Assembly: GCA_963833285.1 (NCBI GenBank)
Contig: CAWHXM010000004.1
Coordinates: forward strand, 192,481-256,480
Direction: 5' to 3'
Length of the DNA: 64,000 bases
DNA from: an uncultured Chloroflexia bacterium
GTDB taxonomy: Bacteria; Chloroflexota; Limnocylindria; Limnocylindrales; CSP1-4
The notes below the pieces were generated by a model. That model was not told the DNA's origin. It searched no databases and saw nothing but the letters and a program-made list of their open reading frames with translations. Position numbers and translations under genes: made by a program. The first letter of the stretch is position 1, and each line of letters starts with the position of its first letter. Positions 28,524-37,428 of this stretch are shown piece by piece.

Positions 28524-29769
28524 GCAGGTGCTCCGAAGCGGGTCGTGGCGAATGCGGCGCGCACCTCGAGGTCGAGCGCGACGAGCCCATCGACATCCGG
28601 CGCGCCGGCGCCGGCCCCCCGAACCGCTCGAGGGCGGCCTCGAGCAACGCCGGGATGCCGGTGAAGCCGAGCGTCCCGGCGAGGAACCGCGCGACCGCGA
28701 CCTCGTCGGCGGCGATGAGGGCGGCGGAAGCGCGCGGCCCAAGCCGGCCCGCATCGCGGGCGATCCGCAGCGCCGGGAAGCGCGTCTCGTCGGGCGCCCG
28801 GAAGTCGAGCCGGCCGGCGGCGATGAGATCGGGCGGGGCTGCCGGTGACGGCCGGCGGTTGGGGTATGTCAGCGCGTACTGGATGGGGAGTCTCATGTCG
28901 GGGGTGCCCAGCTGGGCCTTGACGGAGCCGTCGACGAACCGGACGGCGGAGTGGACGACGCTCTGCGGATGGATGACGACCTCGATGGCGTCGTAGTCGA
29001 CATCGTACAGCCAGTGCGCCTCGATGACCTCCAGGCCCTTGTTGGCGAGTGTCGCCGAGTCGATCGTGATCTTGGCGCCCATCGTCCACGTCGGGTGACG
29101 GAGCGCCTGCTCGGGGGTCACCGCCGCGAGCGTCGCGGGGTCGGTGTCGAGGAACGGACCGCCCGAGGCGGTCAGGATCAGGGCTGCGACGGCCGTCATC
29201 GATTCGCCGACGAGCGACTGCCATATGGCCGAGTGCTCGGAGTCGATCGGGCGGAGCCAGGCCAGCGGGCTGGCATACGGATCGCCGGGACGCGTCGCCC
29301 CGACGCCCGCGGCCAGCCCGCGGGCAAGCGGCATGACGAGATGGCCGCCGGCCACCAGCGTCTCCTTGTTGGCCGTCGCCACGACCTTCCCGGCACGCAG
29401 CGCGGCGAGCACCGGGCGGAGGCTGACCACGCCGCCGGTGCCGACGACGACGAGGTCGACGTCGTCGCGTGTCGCGAGGGCCTCGAGCGCATCCGCCCCG
29501 CCGACCCGTTCCGTCCCGGGCGGCAGGTCCAGGCCGGCCAGCGCCGTGCCATCGGCGAGCGCGACCGCGACCGGCCGCAGGCGCGCCGCCTGGTCGGCCA
29601 CGAGACGGGCATTGGAGCCCGTGGCGAGCGCCACGACGCGGAACGCGTCCGGATGGGCCGCGAGCACGTCGACCGCCTGGCGGCCGATCGAGCCGGTCGA
29701 GCCGAGGAGTGCGACGCCGCGAGGTCGATCCCCTGCCCCGCCCGGCTCAGCCGATGAGGGCAACGACAT
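28520..29769 (-). CDS. dxr: 1-deoxy-D-xylulose 5-phosphate reductoisomerase, frameshifted as sequenced (1 nt missing at 28615..28620)
   Basis: N-terminal 383 codons in one frame (LLGSTGSIGRQAVDV...NKGLEVIEAHWLY...ALLEAALERFGG). The C-terminal 33 codons lie in another frame (APDVDGLVALDLEVRAAF...), ending in a TGA that overlaps the rseP GTG. Span is 1250 nt, which is 3n+2. Confidence 0.9.
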
Positions 29770-30574
29770 ACAACGTCACGACGGGAGCGGCGAACACGAA
29801 GGAATCGACCCGATCGAGCATCCCGCCGTGGCCGGGGATCAGCGTCCCGGAATCCTTGGCGCCGGCAGCCCGCTTGATCACCGACTCGGCCAGGTCGCCG
29901 GCCTGGGCGGCGAGGGCGGTCAGCGGGCCGAGGGCAAGCGCGTTGACCGGGTTCTGCCCCAGCGCCCAGAGCATGACCGCGACCACGAGCGTTGTCGCGA
30001 CGACTCCGCCGAGCACGCCCTCGACCGTCTTGGACGGCGAGATGTGGGTCAGGAACTTCGTCCGCCCGATGTTCTTGCCGACCAGGTACGCGCCGGTGTC
30101 GTACGACCAGACTGCGAAGATCAGGAGCAGGATCCAGCCGCGCTCGGATCCGATCACGCTCAGCGGCGAACCGGCCGGGATCGCTGGCGCGACCATGCCG
30201 AGTCGGATCAGGAACGCCAGGAGCGAGATGTACAGGGCGCCGAAGACCGTGGACATCCACGCCTGGAGCCCATCGGTGGGATCCACCTTGGTGAACGAGG
30301 CGATGGCGGTAAGGACGATCCCGACCGCGACAAGGAGCAGACCGCTGCTCTCGAGCACCTCGGGGACGGCGGCGTCGAGCACGATGACCAGCGCGAGGGC
30401 CGTGCCGAGGGCCGCGAACGGCCCGTAGCCGGCGCGCTTGAGGAGACAGAAGACCTCGATCGCGGCGAGGGCGGTGATGAGCGCGACGGCCGCGGCGAGG
30501 ACGACACCGCCGAAGGCGAGGACCACCAGCAGGACCGGCACGAGCACGGCGGCGCTGACGGCTCGCTGACGCAT
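29747..30574 (-). CDS. cdsA: phosphatidate cytidylyltransferase
   Basis: 275 aa, multi-TM. Signature SVIKRAAGAKDSGTLIPGHGGMLDRVDS. Confidence 0.93.
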   Translation of the reverse strand: MRQRAVSAAVLVPVLLVVLAFGGVVLAAAVALITALAAIEVFCLLKRAGYGPFAALGTALALVIVLDAAVPEVLESSGLLLVAVGIVLTAIASFTKVDPTDGLQAWMSTVFGALYISLLAFLIRLGMVAPAIPAGSPLSVIGSERGWILLLIFAVWSYDTGAYLVGKNIGRTKFLTHISPSKTVEGVLGGVVATTLVVAVMLWALGQNPVNALALGPLTALAAQAGDLAESVIKRAAGAKDSGTLIPGHGGMLDRVDSFVFAAPVVTLYVVALIG

Positions 30575-30592
30575 CTCCCCTGGTCCGTCCGC

Positions 30593-31399
30593 TCAGCGCC
30601 CGAAGCGGCGATGGCGGCTGGCGAACTCGAGGAGCGCGGTGTCGAACGCGTCGGGGCCGAAATCGGGCCACAGCGCGTCGCAGGAGTAGAACTCGGCGTA
30701 GGCGGATTGCCAGATCAGGAAGTTGGAGAGCCGCTGCTCTCCACCGGTCCGGATCACCAGGTCGGGGTCGGGCAGGCCGGCGGTATAGAGGGCCGCGCTG
30801 ATCACGCCCTCATCGATCTCCTCGGGCGTGATGCCGCTCGCGGCGAGTCGCCGGAATGCGTCGACCAGCTCGGTCCGACCGGCGTAGTTGAACGCGATGT
30901 TGAGCTGCAGACGCTCGCCGCCGGCCGTGGCGTCGAGCGCCTCGCCGATCGAGGCCCGGGTCGCGGCGGGCAGCTCGTCGAGCCGGCCGAGCAGACGGAC
31001 GCGGACGCCCTGCGCGCGAAGCTCGTCCGTCTCGCTCCGGATCGCCGCCTCGAGGAGTCCGAACAGCCCGGTGACCTCCTCGTCCGAGCGGGCCCAGTTC
31101 TCGCGGCTGAACGCATAGAGGGTCATGACCGGGACGCCGCGCCGAACGGCGTGCTTGAGCAGGTTGCGGATCGCCTCGACGCCCGCGGCGTGGCCGTCGA
31201 GCTCGGGAAGATCGCGCTGGCGCGCCCAGCGTCGGTTGCCGTCCATGATGATCGCCACGTGCCGGGGCAGATCCTCGGGTGGCAGGAGCGGAATCTCGCC
31301 CGTCGGGATCGCGGGGGTCGCATCGGCCTCCCCACGGGGCGCCGTTTCATGCGCCGCCGGCGGCGCGTCGGTCGGCCTGGCGAGGTGGACGTGAGCCAC
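30593..31399 (-). CDS. uppS: isoprenyl transferase (undecaprenyl-diphosphate synthase family)
   Basis: GTG 31399 overlaps the frr stop by 1 nt. HVAIIMDGNRRWA, FSRENW, RTGGEQRLSNFLIWQSAYAEF. Confidence 0.92.
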   Translation of the reverse strand: MAHVHLARPTDAPPAAHETAPRGEADATPAIPTGEIPLLPPEDLPRHVAIIMDGNRRWARQRDLPELDGHAAGVEAIRNLLKHAVRRGVPVMTLYAFSRENWARSDEEVTGLFGLLEAAIRSETDELRAQGVRVRLLGRLDELPAATRASIGEALDATAGGERLQLNIAFNYAGRTELVDAFRRLAASGITPEEIDEGVISAALYTAGLPDPDLVIRTGGEQRLSNFLIWQSAYAEFYSCDALWPDFGPDAFDTALLEFASRHRRFGR

Positions 31400-31956
31400 T
31401 AGACCTCGAGGACCTCCTGTTCCTTCGCGGCGCCGACGCGGTCGACGTCGGCGATGTGCCGATCGGTCGTGCGCTGGAGAGTCTCCAGCTGGCGATGACC
31501 CTCGTCCGTACCGACCAGCCCGTCCCGCTCTTCCTTCTTGAGTTGGTCCGCAGCATCCCGGCGCAGGTTCCGGATCTCCACCCTGGCCTCCTCCATCCGC
31601 TTGTGGACGACTCGCACCAGGTCCTTGCGCCGCTCCTCGGTGAGCGGCGGGATGTTGAGCCGGACGACCGTGCCGTCCACGTTCGGCATCAACCCGATGT
31701 CGCTCTTCGTGATGGCCTTCTCGATCGCGCCGAGGACGCCGCGGTCCCATGGCTGGATCACGATCTGATGCGGCTCCGGGACGCTGATCCCGGCGAGCTG
31801 GTTGAGCGGGGTCGAGGTCCCGTAATACTCGACGTGGATGCGCTCGACGAGCGCCGTCGAGGCGCGGCCGGTCCGGATGCCCTGGAAGTCACGCTCCATG
31901 GCTTCGACGGCACGGCCCATCTTGTGGTCGGTGTCGGCGAGGATCTCGCTGCTCAT
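31399..31956 (-). CDS. frr: ribosome recycling factor
   Basis: 185 aa. Typical Frr sequence ([20 protein letters not shown]...[13 protein letters not shown]-like). Confidence 0.95.
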   Translation of the reverse strand: MSSEILADTDHKMGRAVEAMERDFQGIRTGRASTALVERIHVEYYGTSTPLNQLAGISVPEPHQIVIQPWDRGVLGAIEKAITKSDIGLMPNVDGTVVRLNIPPLTEERRKDLVRVVHKRMEEARVEIRNLRRDAADQLKKEERDGLVGTDEGHRQLETLQRTTDRHIADVDRVGAAKEQEVLEV

Positions 31957-32717
31957 GCTGGCGCACCTCCGGCGGCGCCCGCGGCGCCCGAGATGAGGGT
32001 CCCGACCGACTCGCCGGCGGCGACCCGCGTGATGTTGTCAGGCCGGTTGAGATCGAAGACGACGATGGGCAGGTCGTTCTCCATGCACAGGCTGACGGCC
32101 GTCGCGTCGAGCACCTTGAGCTGATCCCGAAGCAGGTCCGCGTAGTCGAGGTGAGCGTAGCGCTGTGCGTCGGGGTGTGCCATCGGGTCTTTGTCGTAGA
32201 CGCCGTCGACCTTGGTGGCCTTGAGCAGGATCTCGGCGTTGATCTCGACCGCGCGAAGGGCGGCCGCTGTGTCCGTGGTGAAGTACGGGTTGCCGGTGCC
32301 GGCCACGAACAGGGCGACGCGGCCCTTCTCGAGGTGGCGGATCGCCCGACGACGGATGTACGGCTCGGCGACCTCGTTCATGGCGATCGCGGTCATGACC
32401 CGGGTCGGGACACCGGCGCGCTCGAGGGCGTCCTGGAGCGCCAGCCCGTTCATGACCGTGGCAAGCATGCCTATGTAGTCGCCCGTCGCCCGGTCCATCC
32501 CGCGCGCCGACGCCGCAAGGCCGCGGAAGATGTTGCCGCCGCCGACGACGATGCCGACCTGCACGCCGAGGCCGTGGATCTCCGCGACCTGGCGGGCGAT
32601 GAACGTGCAGACGGCCGGATCCACGCCGTACGGGCGGTCGCCGAGGAGCGCCTCGCCGGAGAGCTTGAGCAGGATCCGGCGGTAGCGCAGGGGCCGGGCG
32701 TCGGCGGCGTCGGTCAC
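31953..32717 (-). CDS. pyrH: UMP kinase
   Basis: GTG 32717 in a GTGA overlap with the tsf stop. [36 protein letters not shown]. Confidence 0.94.
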   Translation of the reverse strand: MTDAADARPLRYRRILLKLSGEALLGDRPYGVDPAVCTFIARQVAEIHGLGVQVGIVVGGGNIFRGLAASARGMDRATGDYIGMLATVMNGLALQDALERAGVPTRVMTAIAMNEVAEPYIRRRAIRHLEKGRVALFVAGTGNPYFTTDTAAALRAVEINAEILLKATKVDGVYDKDPMAHPDAQRYAHLDYADLLRDQLKVLDATAVSLCMENDLPIVVFDLNRPDNITRVAAGESVGTLISGAAGAAGGAPA

Positions 32718-33313
32718 AGCTCCTCCCCGAGCGCGTAGCGGGTGAACCGGCGGACGCGGATGTTCTCCCCGATCGTCGCGATCTTGTCGGTGATCAGGTC
32801 GCGCACGGTGCGCTCCTCGTCGCGGAACGGCTGGTCGTAGAGGCAGACCAGCGAGTGCCACTTCTTCAGCTGGCCCTCGACGATCTGGGGGCGGATGTTC
32901 TCCGGCTTCTTCTGGGTGGCCTCGTCGCCGAGCAGCTCCGCCTGCTTGGCGGCCAGGTCGGCCGGCGGGATCGCGTCGGCGTCGACGTACAGCGGCGCGA
33001 GCCCGGCAACCTGGACCGCGAGGTCGCGGACCAGCTTCTGGAACTCGTCCGTCCGGGCCACGAAGTCCGTTTCGCAGTTGACCTCGATGAGCACGCCGAC
33101 GCGACCACCCGTGTGGATGTAGCTCGAGACGAGCCCCTCGCGGGCCTCGCGTCCCGACTTCTTGGCAGCCGCCGCGAGGCCCCGCTCGCGCAGGATCGCG
33201 ATCGCCCTGTCGACGTCGCCGTCGGCCGCGGTCAGCGCGCGCTTGCAGTCCATGAAACCCGCGCCGGTTCGTTCGCGCAGCTCCTTGACGAGCTCCGCAG
33301 GGATGTCCGCCAT
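32714..33313 (-). CDS. tsf: elongation factor Ts (short form)
   Basis: 199 aa. [42 protein letters not shown]. Confidence 0.94.
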   Translation of the reverse strand: MADIPAELVKELRERTGAGFMDCKRALTAADGDVDRAIAILRERGLAAAAKKSGREAREGLVSSYIHTGGRVGVLIEVNCETDFVARTDEFQKLVRDLAVQVAGLAPLYVDADAIPPADLAAKQAELLGDEATQKKPENIRPQIVEGQLKKWHSLVCLYDQPFRDEERTVRDLITDKIATIGENIRVRRFTRYALGEEL

Positions 33314-33397
33314 ACCTGTTCGTACTCCTGTCTCGCGGCGGCCTGCTGCGGTCGCCGGCGTGTGTCTTCGTGCGCGCCGGGAGCTGCCGGCGGCGGT

Positions 33398-34381
33398 TCA
33401 GCCGGCCGGGGTCCCGGGGACGGCGTCCTCGTCGTTCTTCTCGGCCGCTTCACGGGCAAGCTCGGCGGCGATCTCTTCGGGTGTGGCCTCGGGGGGCGCC
33501 TCGGACACGGCGGCCTCGGCGCGCGCCACGCGGTCGCCGGGCAGCAGGTCGTCATCGTCGGCGTCCGGCTCGAACGAGAGCGCGGCGCCACCGGCAAGCG
33601 CCGCGACGAGCTCGTCGGTCGCGCCGGGGACTTCGTCGTCGACCTCGGGCATCGCCATGGCCTCGATCTGCTCGGGCTCCGTGGCGCTCCGCGCGGAGCG
33701 CTCGCGGGCACCCTCGATCGCGGCATCGGCGACGAGCGTGCACAGCAGCCGGATGGCCCGGATGGCGTCGTCGTTGGCCGGGATGATGTAGTCGAGCTCG
33801 TCGGGGTCGACGTTGGTGTCACCCGTGCCGACGACCGGGATCTCGAGCTTGTTCGCCTCGGTCACGCCGATCCGCTCGCGGTGCGGGTCGACGATGAAGA
33901 TCGCGCCGGGCAGGCGCTTCATCTTGCGCATCCCGCCGAGCGTGCCCTGGAGCTTGACCATCTCCTCGGTCAGCTTGGCCGCTTCCTTCTTGGTCATGCG
34001 CTCGAAGTCGCCGTTCGCCTGGCGCGCCTCGAGCTGCTCGAGCAGGCCGATCCGCTTCTTGATCGTGACGAAGTTGGTCAGCATGCCGCCGAGCCAGCGC
34101 TTGTTGACGTACGGCTGGTTGGCGCGAGTCGCCTCCTGGGCGACCGGCTCCTGAGCCTGCTTCTTGGTGCCCACGAAGAGGACCTGATCGCCGCGCGCGA
34201 CCGTCTCGCGCACGAATTCGAGGGCGACGTCCAGGCGTTGGACGGTCTGGGCGAGATCGATGATGTGGATCCCATTGCGCTCGGCAAAGATGAACGGCTT
34301 CATCTTGGGATTCCAGCGACGGGTCTGGTGGCCGAAGTGGACCCCGGCCTCGAGCAGCTGCCGCATCGAAACGGATGGCAC
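33398..34381 (-). CDS. rpsB: 30S ribosomal protein S2 with acidic C-terminal tail
   Basis: GTG 34381 lies 9 nt after [37 protein letters not shown]. Confidence 0.95.
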   Translation of the reverse strand: MPSVSMRQLLEAGVHFGHQTRRWNPKMKPFIFAERNGIHIIDLAQTVQRLDVALEFVRETVARGDQVLFVGTKKQAQEPVAQEATRANQPYVNKRWLGGMLTNFVTIKKRIGLLEQLEARQANGDFERMTKKEAAKLTEEMVKLQGTLGGMRKMKRLPGAIFIVDPHRERIGVTEANKLEIPVVGTGDTNVDPDELDYIIPANDDAIRAIRLLCTLVADAAIEGARERSARSATEPEQIEAMAMPEVDDEVPGATDELVAALAGGAALSFEPDADDDDLLPGDRVARAEAAVSEAPPEATPEEIAAELAREAAEKNDEDAVPGTPAG

Positions 34382-34551
34382 GGTGCGCGACCTCCTGTCG
34401 GTTGCTTCCTCCGTGAACCTCGTCGCCGGGGGCCGGTGACCCATCCGGGCCCGCCGGCACCGTCCCGGTCGGAACGGTTCGCGTGTGTGCTCCACGCCTG
34501 GGGCGCGGGCGATGCTGGGCGATCGGCTCGGGCGGACCCGGACCGGGCGGG

Positions 34552-34560
34552 AGTGTAGCA
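34552..34560 (-). promoter_or_regulatory. extended -10 promoter element (gTGcTACACT) upstream of rpsB
   Basis: Minus-strand GTGCTACACT about 170 nt upstream of the rpsB start, implying a long leader. Confidence 0.45.
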
Positions 34561-34593
34561 CGGGTCGGGCCGGGAGCCCGCAACATCGTCTCG

Positions 34594-34992
34594 CTACATC
34601 GCGTGCCGATGATGACGCACACGATCCCCGGGCTCGACCACGACCAGATCGAACCTGAGCGGAAGCCGCGGGACGGGCGACCCGTCCGGGAGCACGCCCC
34701 GGTCCAGCAGCCCGTAGGCCGCCGCCCGGACGCGGACCCGCTTGCGATGGTCGACGGTCTCCTCCGGAAGACCGAAGTCGCGGCCGGCGCGCCAGCGGAC
34801 CTCGACGATGACGAGCGCGGCGGGTGGACCCGGGTCGACCGCCACGAGGTCGAGCTCGTGACGGCCGACATGGACGTTCCGCGCCAGGACGGTCCAGCCA
34901 GCTCCCGCGAGCCGCGACGCGACGAGCGCCTCGGCGGCATCACCCGCCTGCTGTGCCGTCGTTCGAGCCGGGTCGCCGGGTCGGTCCGCCAT
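34594..34992 (-). CDS. yraN: YraN family (UPF0102) endonuclease-like protein
   Basis: 132 aa from ATG 34992. [38 protein letters not shown]...LVIVEVRWR. Confidence 0.8.
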   Translation of the reverse strand: MADRPGDPARTTAQQAGDAAEALVASRLAGAGWTVLARNVHVGRHELDLVAVDPGPPAALVIVEVRWRAGRDFGLPEETVDHRKRVRVRAAAYGLLDRGVLPDGSPVPRLPLRFDLVVVEPGDRVRHHRHAM

Positions 34993-35062
34993 TGCGCCAT
35001 CCTGCCGATCGGCACTCACTCGCGGCTTATGCCGGCACGTCACGATCGTCCTCGACCGAGGC

Positions 35063-35091
35063 TTGACACTCACGAGGCAAAGGCATATATA
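35063..35091 (+). promoter_or_regulatory. near-consensus sigma-70 promoter for the cytochrome b gene
   Basis: TTGACA (35063..35068), a 17-nt spacer, then TATATA (35086..35091). This AT-rich island in a GC-rich genome lies about 90 nt upstream of the GTG at 35180. Confidence 0.6.
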
Positions 35092-35106
35092 TCGTCACAC
35101 GATATA
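35088..35106. promoter_or_regulatory. perfect inverted repeat TATATCG-5 nt-CGATATA overlapping the -10/TSS region (operator candidate)
   Basis: Read directly at 35088..35094 and 35100..35106, in the yraN / cytochrome b divergent intergenic region. Confidence 0.4.
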
Positions 35107-35179
35107 GCGGTCATCGTCCGTGTTGGTCCCATGACGGACAGCAGCTGGCCGGAACGCCCGGCGTGGCAGGAGGACCTCG

Positions 35180-35908
35180 GTGAGCTTCCTCGAGCGGGTG
35201 GACCAGAGCATCCGCCGCAGCGTCGTGTGGCGCTCGCTCTTCCGCCAGCCCTACCCACGCGACGAGCGCTCGCGCGCCTACGCGGTCATGAACAACGTGT
35301 TCCTGCACATCCACCCGGTGCGCGTCCGCCAGCACGCGGTCAAGTTCGCCTACACGTTCTGTCTCGGCGGGCTGTCGTTCTTCCTGTTCCTGGTGCTGAC
35401 CGTGACCGGCGTGTACCTGATGTTCTTCTACGTGCCCTCGGCCACCCAGGCGTACACCAACATCCTCGAGATCCAGAGCCAGGTGACGTTCGGCCTCCTG
35501 ACCCGCAACATCCACCGCTGGGCGGCCCATCTCATGGTCTTCTTCGTGTTCCTGCACATGATGCGGGTGTTCTATCACGGGGCCTACAAGCCGCCGCGCG
35601 AGTTCAACTGGGTCGTCGGCGTGGTGCTCCTCTTCCTGACCATCATGCTCAGCTTCACCGGCTACCTGCTGCCGTGGGACCAGATCGCCTACTGGGCCAT
35701 CACCATCGGCTCAAATTTCGGGTCGTACTTCCCGATCGTGAACTCACCGACGCGGGCCATCCTGCTCGGCGGTCTGGAGGTCGGCCAGAACACGCTCCTC
35801 CGCTTCTACGTCGCGCACGTGGTCTTCCTGCCCCTGATCGCAGCCGTGTTCCTGGCCGTCCATTTCTGGCGGATCAGGAAAGACGGCGGGATCAGCGGGC
35901 CGCTCTGA
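35180..35908 (+). CDS. cytochrome b6-type protein (cytochrome b N-terminal 4-helix domain only)
   Basis: 242 aa with a GTG start after GGAGGA. Haem ligand pairs H-x13-H in helix B (IHRWAAHLMVFFVFLH) and H-x14-H in helix D (HVVFLPLIAAVFLAVH), the b6-type spacing. LPWDQ motif present. Confidence 0.88.
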   Translation: MSFLERVDQSIRRSVVWRSLFRQPYPRDERSRAYAVMNNVFLHIHPVRVRQHAVKFAYTFCLGGLSFFLFLVLTVTGVYLMFFYVPSATQAYTNILEIQSQVTFGLLTRNIHRWAAHLMVFFVFLHMMRVFYHGAYKPPREFNWVVGVVLLFLTIMLSFTGYLLPWDQIAYWAITIGSNFGSYFPIVNSPTRAILLGGLEVGQNTLLRFYVAHVVFLPLIAAVFLAVHFWRIRKDGGISGPL

Positions 35909-35917
35909 CGCAGGCCT

Positions 35918-36700
35918 TCAGGGACCGGCGGGCGCCGCAGGCTCCAGCACGGCGAGATCGAGCGCATCGAGCATGGCGTCGTCGGCCATGACCGGCACGA
36001 GCTCGCGCGCCAGCATCTCGTACGTCGTTTCGGACGCCGCAGGATCGGCCAGCAGGTCGAGGTCGAGCTGGTCCCCGGCAAGCGTCCGCTGGAGCGCCAG
36101 GAACGAGCGCCGGTGGAACGGGGTCAGGCCGTGACGTCGGATCGCCTGGCGATGCTCGAGCGTGGCATACCCCTGGTTGCGCTCCCAGCCGTAGCCCGGG
36201 TAGCGGCCCGCCAGCCGCTCCATCATCCGGTCGCGGACGACCTTGGCCACGACCGACGCACAGGCGATCGAATAGACCTTGGCGTCACCGTCCACGATCG
36301 CGGAGTACGGCCCGACCTGCGCCTCGAAGCCCGCGATCCGGTTGCCGTCGACCAGCACGTGGTCATGCTCGCCGATGCGGGCGATCGCGCGGCGCATCGC
36401 GAGGTGCGTCGCGTGATAGATGTTGAGCTGGTCGATCTCGCGCACCGACGCGGCACCGATCCCGACGGCGACGGCACGCGCCCGGATGAGCGGGGCGAGC
36501 CGCTCGCGCTGGATCGCGGACAGGGTCTTGGAATCGCGAACGCCCGGGATGCGGTGGCACCCCGGGCGCATGATCACGGCCGCTGCGACGACCGCCCCGC
36601 ACGTCGGCGCGACGCCGACCTCATCGACGCCGACGACCCGGACCAGCCCGTCGTTCCAGAGTCGGCGCTCGTGGCGAAGGGTCGGGACGATCGGAGCCAT
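35918..36700 (-). CDS. rnhB: ribonuclease HII with ~55-aa C-terminal extension
   Basis: 260 aa. GVDEVG..., VRDSKTLS, VLVDGN, ACASVVAKVVRDRMM, GYGWERNQGYATLEH. Confidence 0.9.
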   Translation of the reverse strand: MAPIVPTLRHERRLWNDGLVRVVGVDEVGVAPTCGAVVAAAVIMRPGCHRIPGVRDSKTLSAIQRERLAPLIRARAVAVGIGAASVREIDQLNIYHATHLAMRRAIARIGEHDHVLVDGNRIAGFEAQVGPYSAIVDGDAKVYSIACASVVAKVVRDRMMERLAGRYPGYGWERNQGYATLEHRQAIRRHGLTPFHRRSFLALQRTLAGDQLDLDLLADPAASETTYEMLARELVPVMADDAMLDALDLAVLEPAAPAGP

Positions 36701-36708
36701 CGGCGTCT

Positions 36709-36714
36709 AGCCTA
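36709..36714 (-). promoter_or_regulatory. -10-like hexamer TAGGCT 8 nt upstream of the rnhB ATG (possible leaderless transcript)
   Basis: Minus strand CCGGTAGGCTAGACGCCGATG. There is no SD between the hexamer and the ATG. Confidence 0.3.
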
Positions 36715-36902
36715 CCGGAATCGGAGGGGCCCGCCGTCGGCGGCGGTTCTGTGGCCCCGGCCTCGCTTGCCCGCCCCGGGCGCGTGTCCGCCCGCGCCGC
36801 CTGCCGCCTGAGACGTCTGCAACCGGCGACTGTGCTGCCTCCAGCAGCCTCTCCCGCGGGAAGGCATCTACAACGGGACGCTGGGAGCGCGGAGCGCGGC
36901 GA

Positions 36903-36923
36903 ACGCGGGCGTGACGCCCGCGT
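36903..36923 (-). terminator. GC-rich hairpin just after the rplS stop (no U-tract)
   Basis: ACGCGGGCG-3 nt-CGCCCGCGT, 5 nt downstream of the rplS stop. Confidence 0.35.
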
Positions 36924-36927
36924 GGGA

Positions 36928-37278
36928 TCAGCCGTTGGTGCGCCGTTCGCGGAGGGTGGCCGCCTTGCCGACGCGGTCGCGCAGGAAGTAGAGCTGCGCC
37001 CGCCGGGCGACGCCGTGGCGGATGACCTCGATCTTCTCGATCCGCGGGCTGTTGATCTTGAACGTCCGCTCGACGCCCACACCCGACGCGATGCGACGGA
37101 CGGTAATGGAGCGGGTGATGCCGCCGCCGCGCAGGCGCATGACGGTCCCCTCGAAGACCTGGATGCGCTCGCGATTGCCCTCGACGACCTTGGCCGACAC
37201 CTTGACGGTGTCACCGGTGGCGAGTGCGGGGAGGTCGGTTCGAAGCTGGTCCTGGACGATCTCGTCGAGCACGGTCAC
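36928..37278 (-). CDS. rplS: 50S ribosomal protein L19
   Basis: 116 aa. [43 protein letters not shown]. Confidence 0.96.
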   Translation of the reverse strand: MTVLDEIVQDQLRTDLPALATGDTVKVSAKVVEGNRERIQVFEGTVMRLRGGGITRSITVRRIASGVGVERTFKINSPRIEKIEVIRHGVARRAQLYFLRDRVGKAATLRERRTNG

Positions 37279-37357
37279 GGGGCGGTTCCTGACTCATCTG
37301 GGCAGCCGCGGCTGCGGGCGGGACTTCGGAAGCGACGCGGGCGGGCGTCGGCGGCGG

Positions 37358-37366
37358 AGTATAGCA
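37358..37366 (-). promoter_or_regulatory. extended -10 promoter element (gTGcTATACT) upstream of rplS
   Basis: Minus-strand GTGCTATACT about 80 nt upstream of the rplS ATG. Confidence 0.45.
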
Positions 37367-37380
37367 CGGCCTCGCGGGCC

Positions 37381-37428
37381 CCAGTCCTCGACCGTTCCAG
37401 TCCTCGGCCGTCTCAGTCCTCGGCCGCC
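37381..37428 (-). repeat. 3 x 16-bp tandem repeat reiterating the trmD 3' end
   Basis: Plus strand ccagtcctcgaccgtt / ccagtcctcggccgtc / tcagtcctcggccgcc. The third unit contains the last trmD codons and the TGA stop. Confidence 0.8.

Noticed and set aside
27406-29769. 787-aa minus-strand ORF that could be read as a giant Dxr fusion protein
   Set aside because: After residue ~383 the text is Arg/Pro-rich junk that overlaps the genuine rseP gene in another frame. The real Dxr C-terminus is found in a neighbouring frame, so I interpret this as a 1-nt frameshift.
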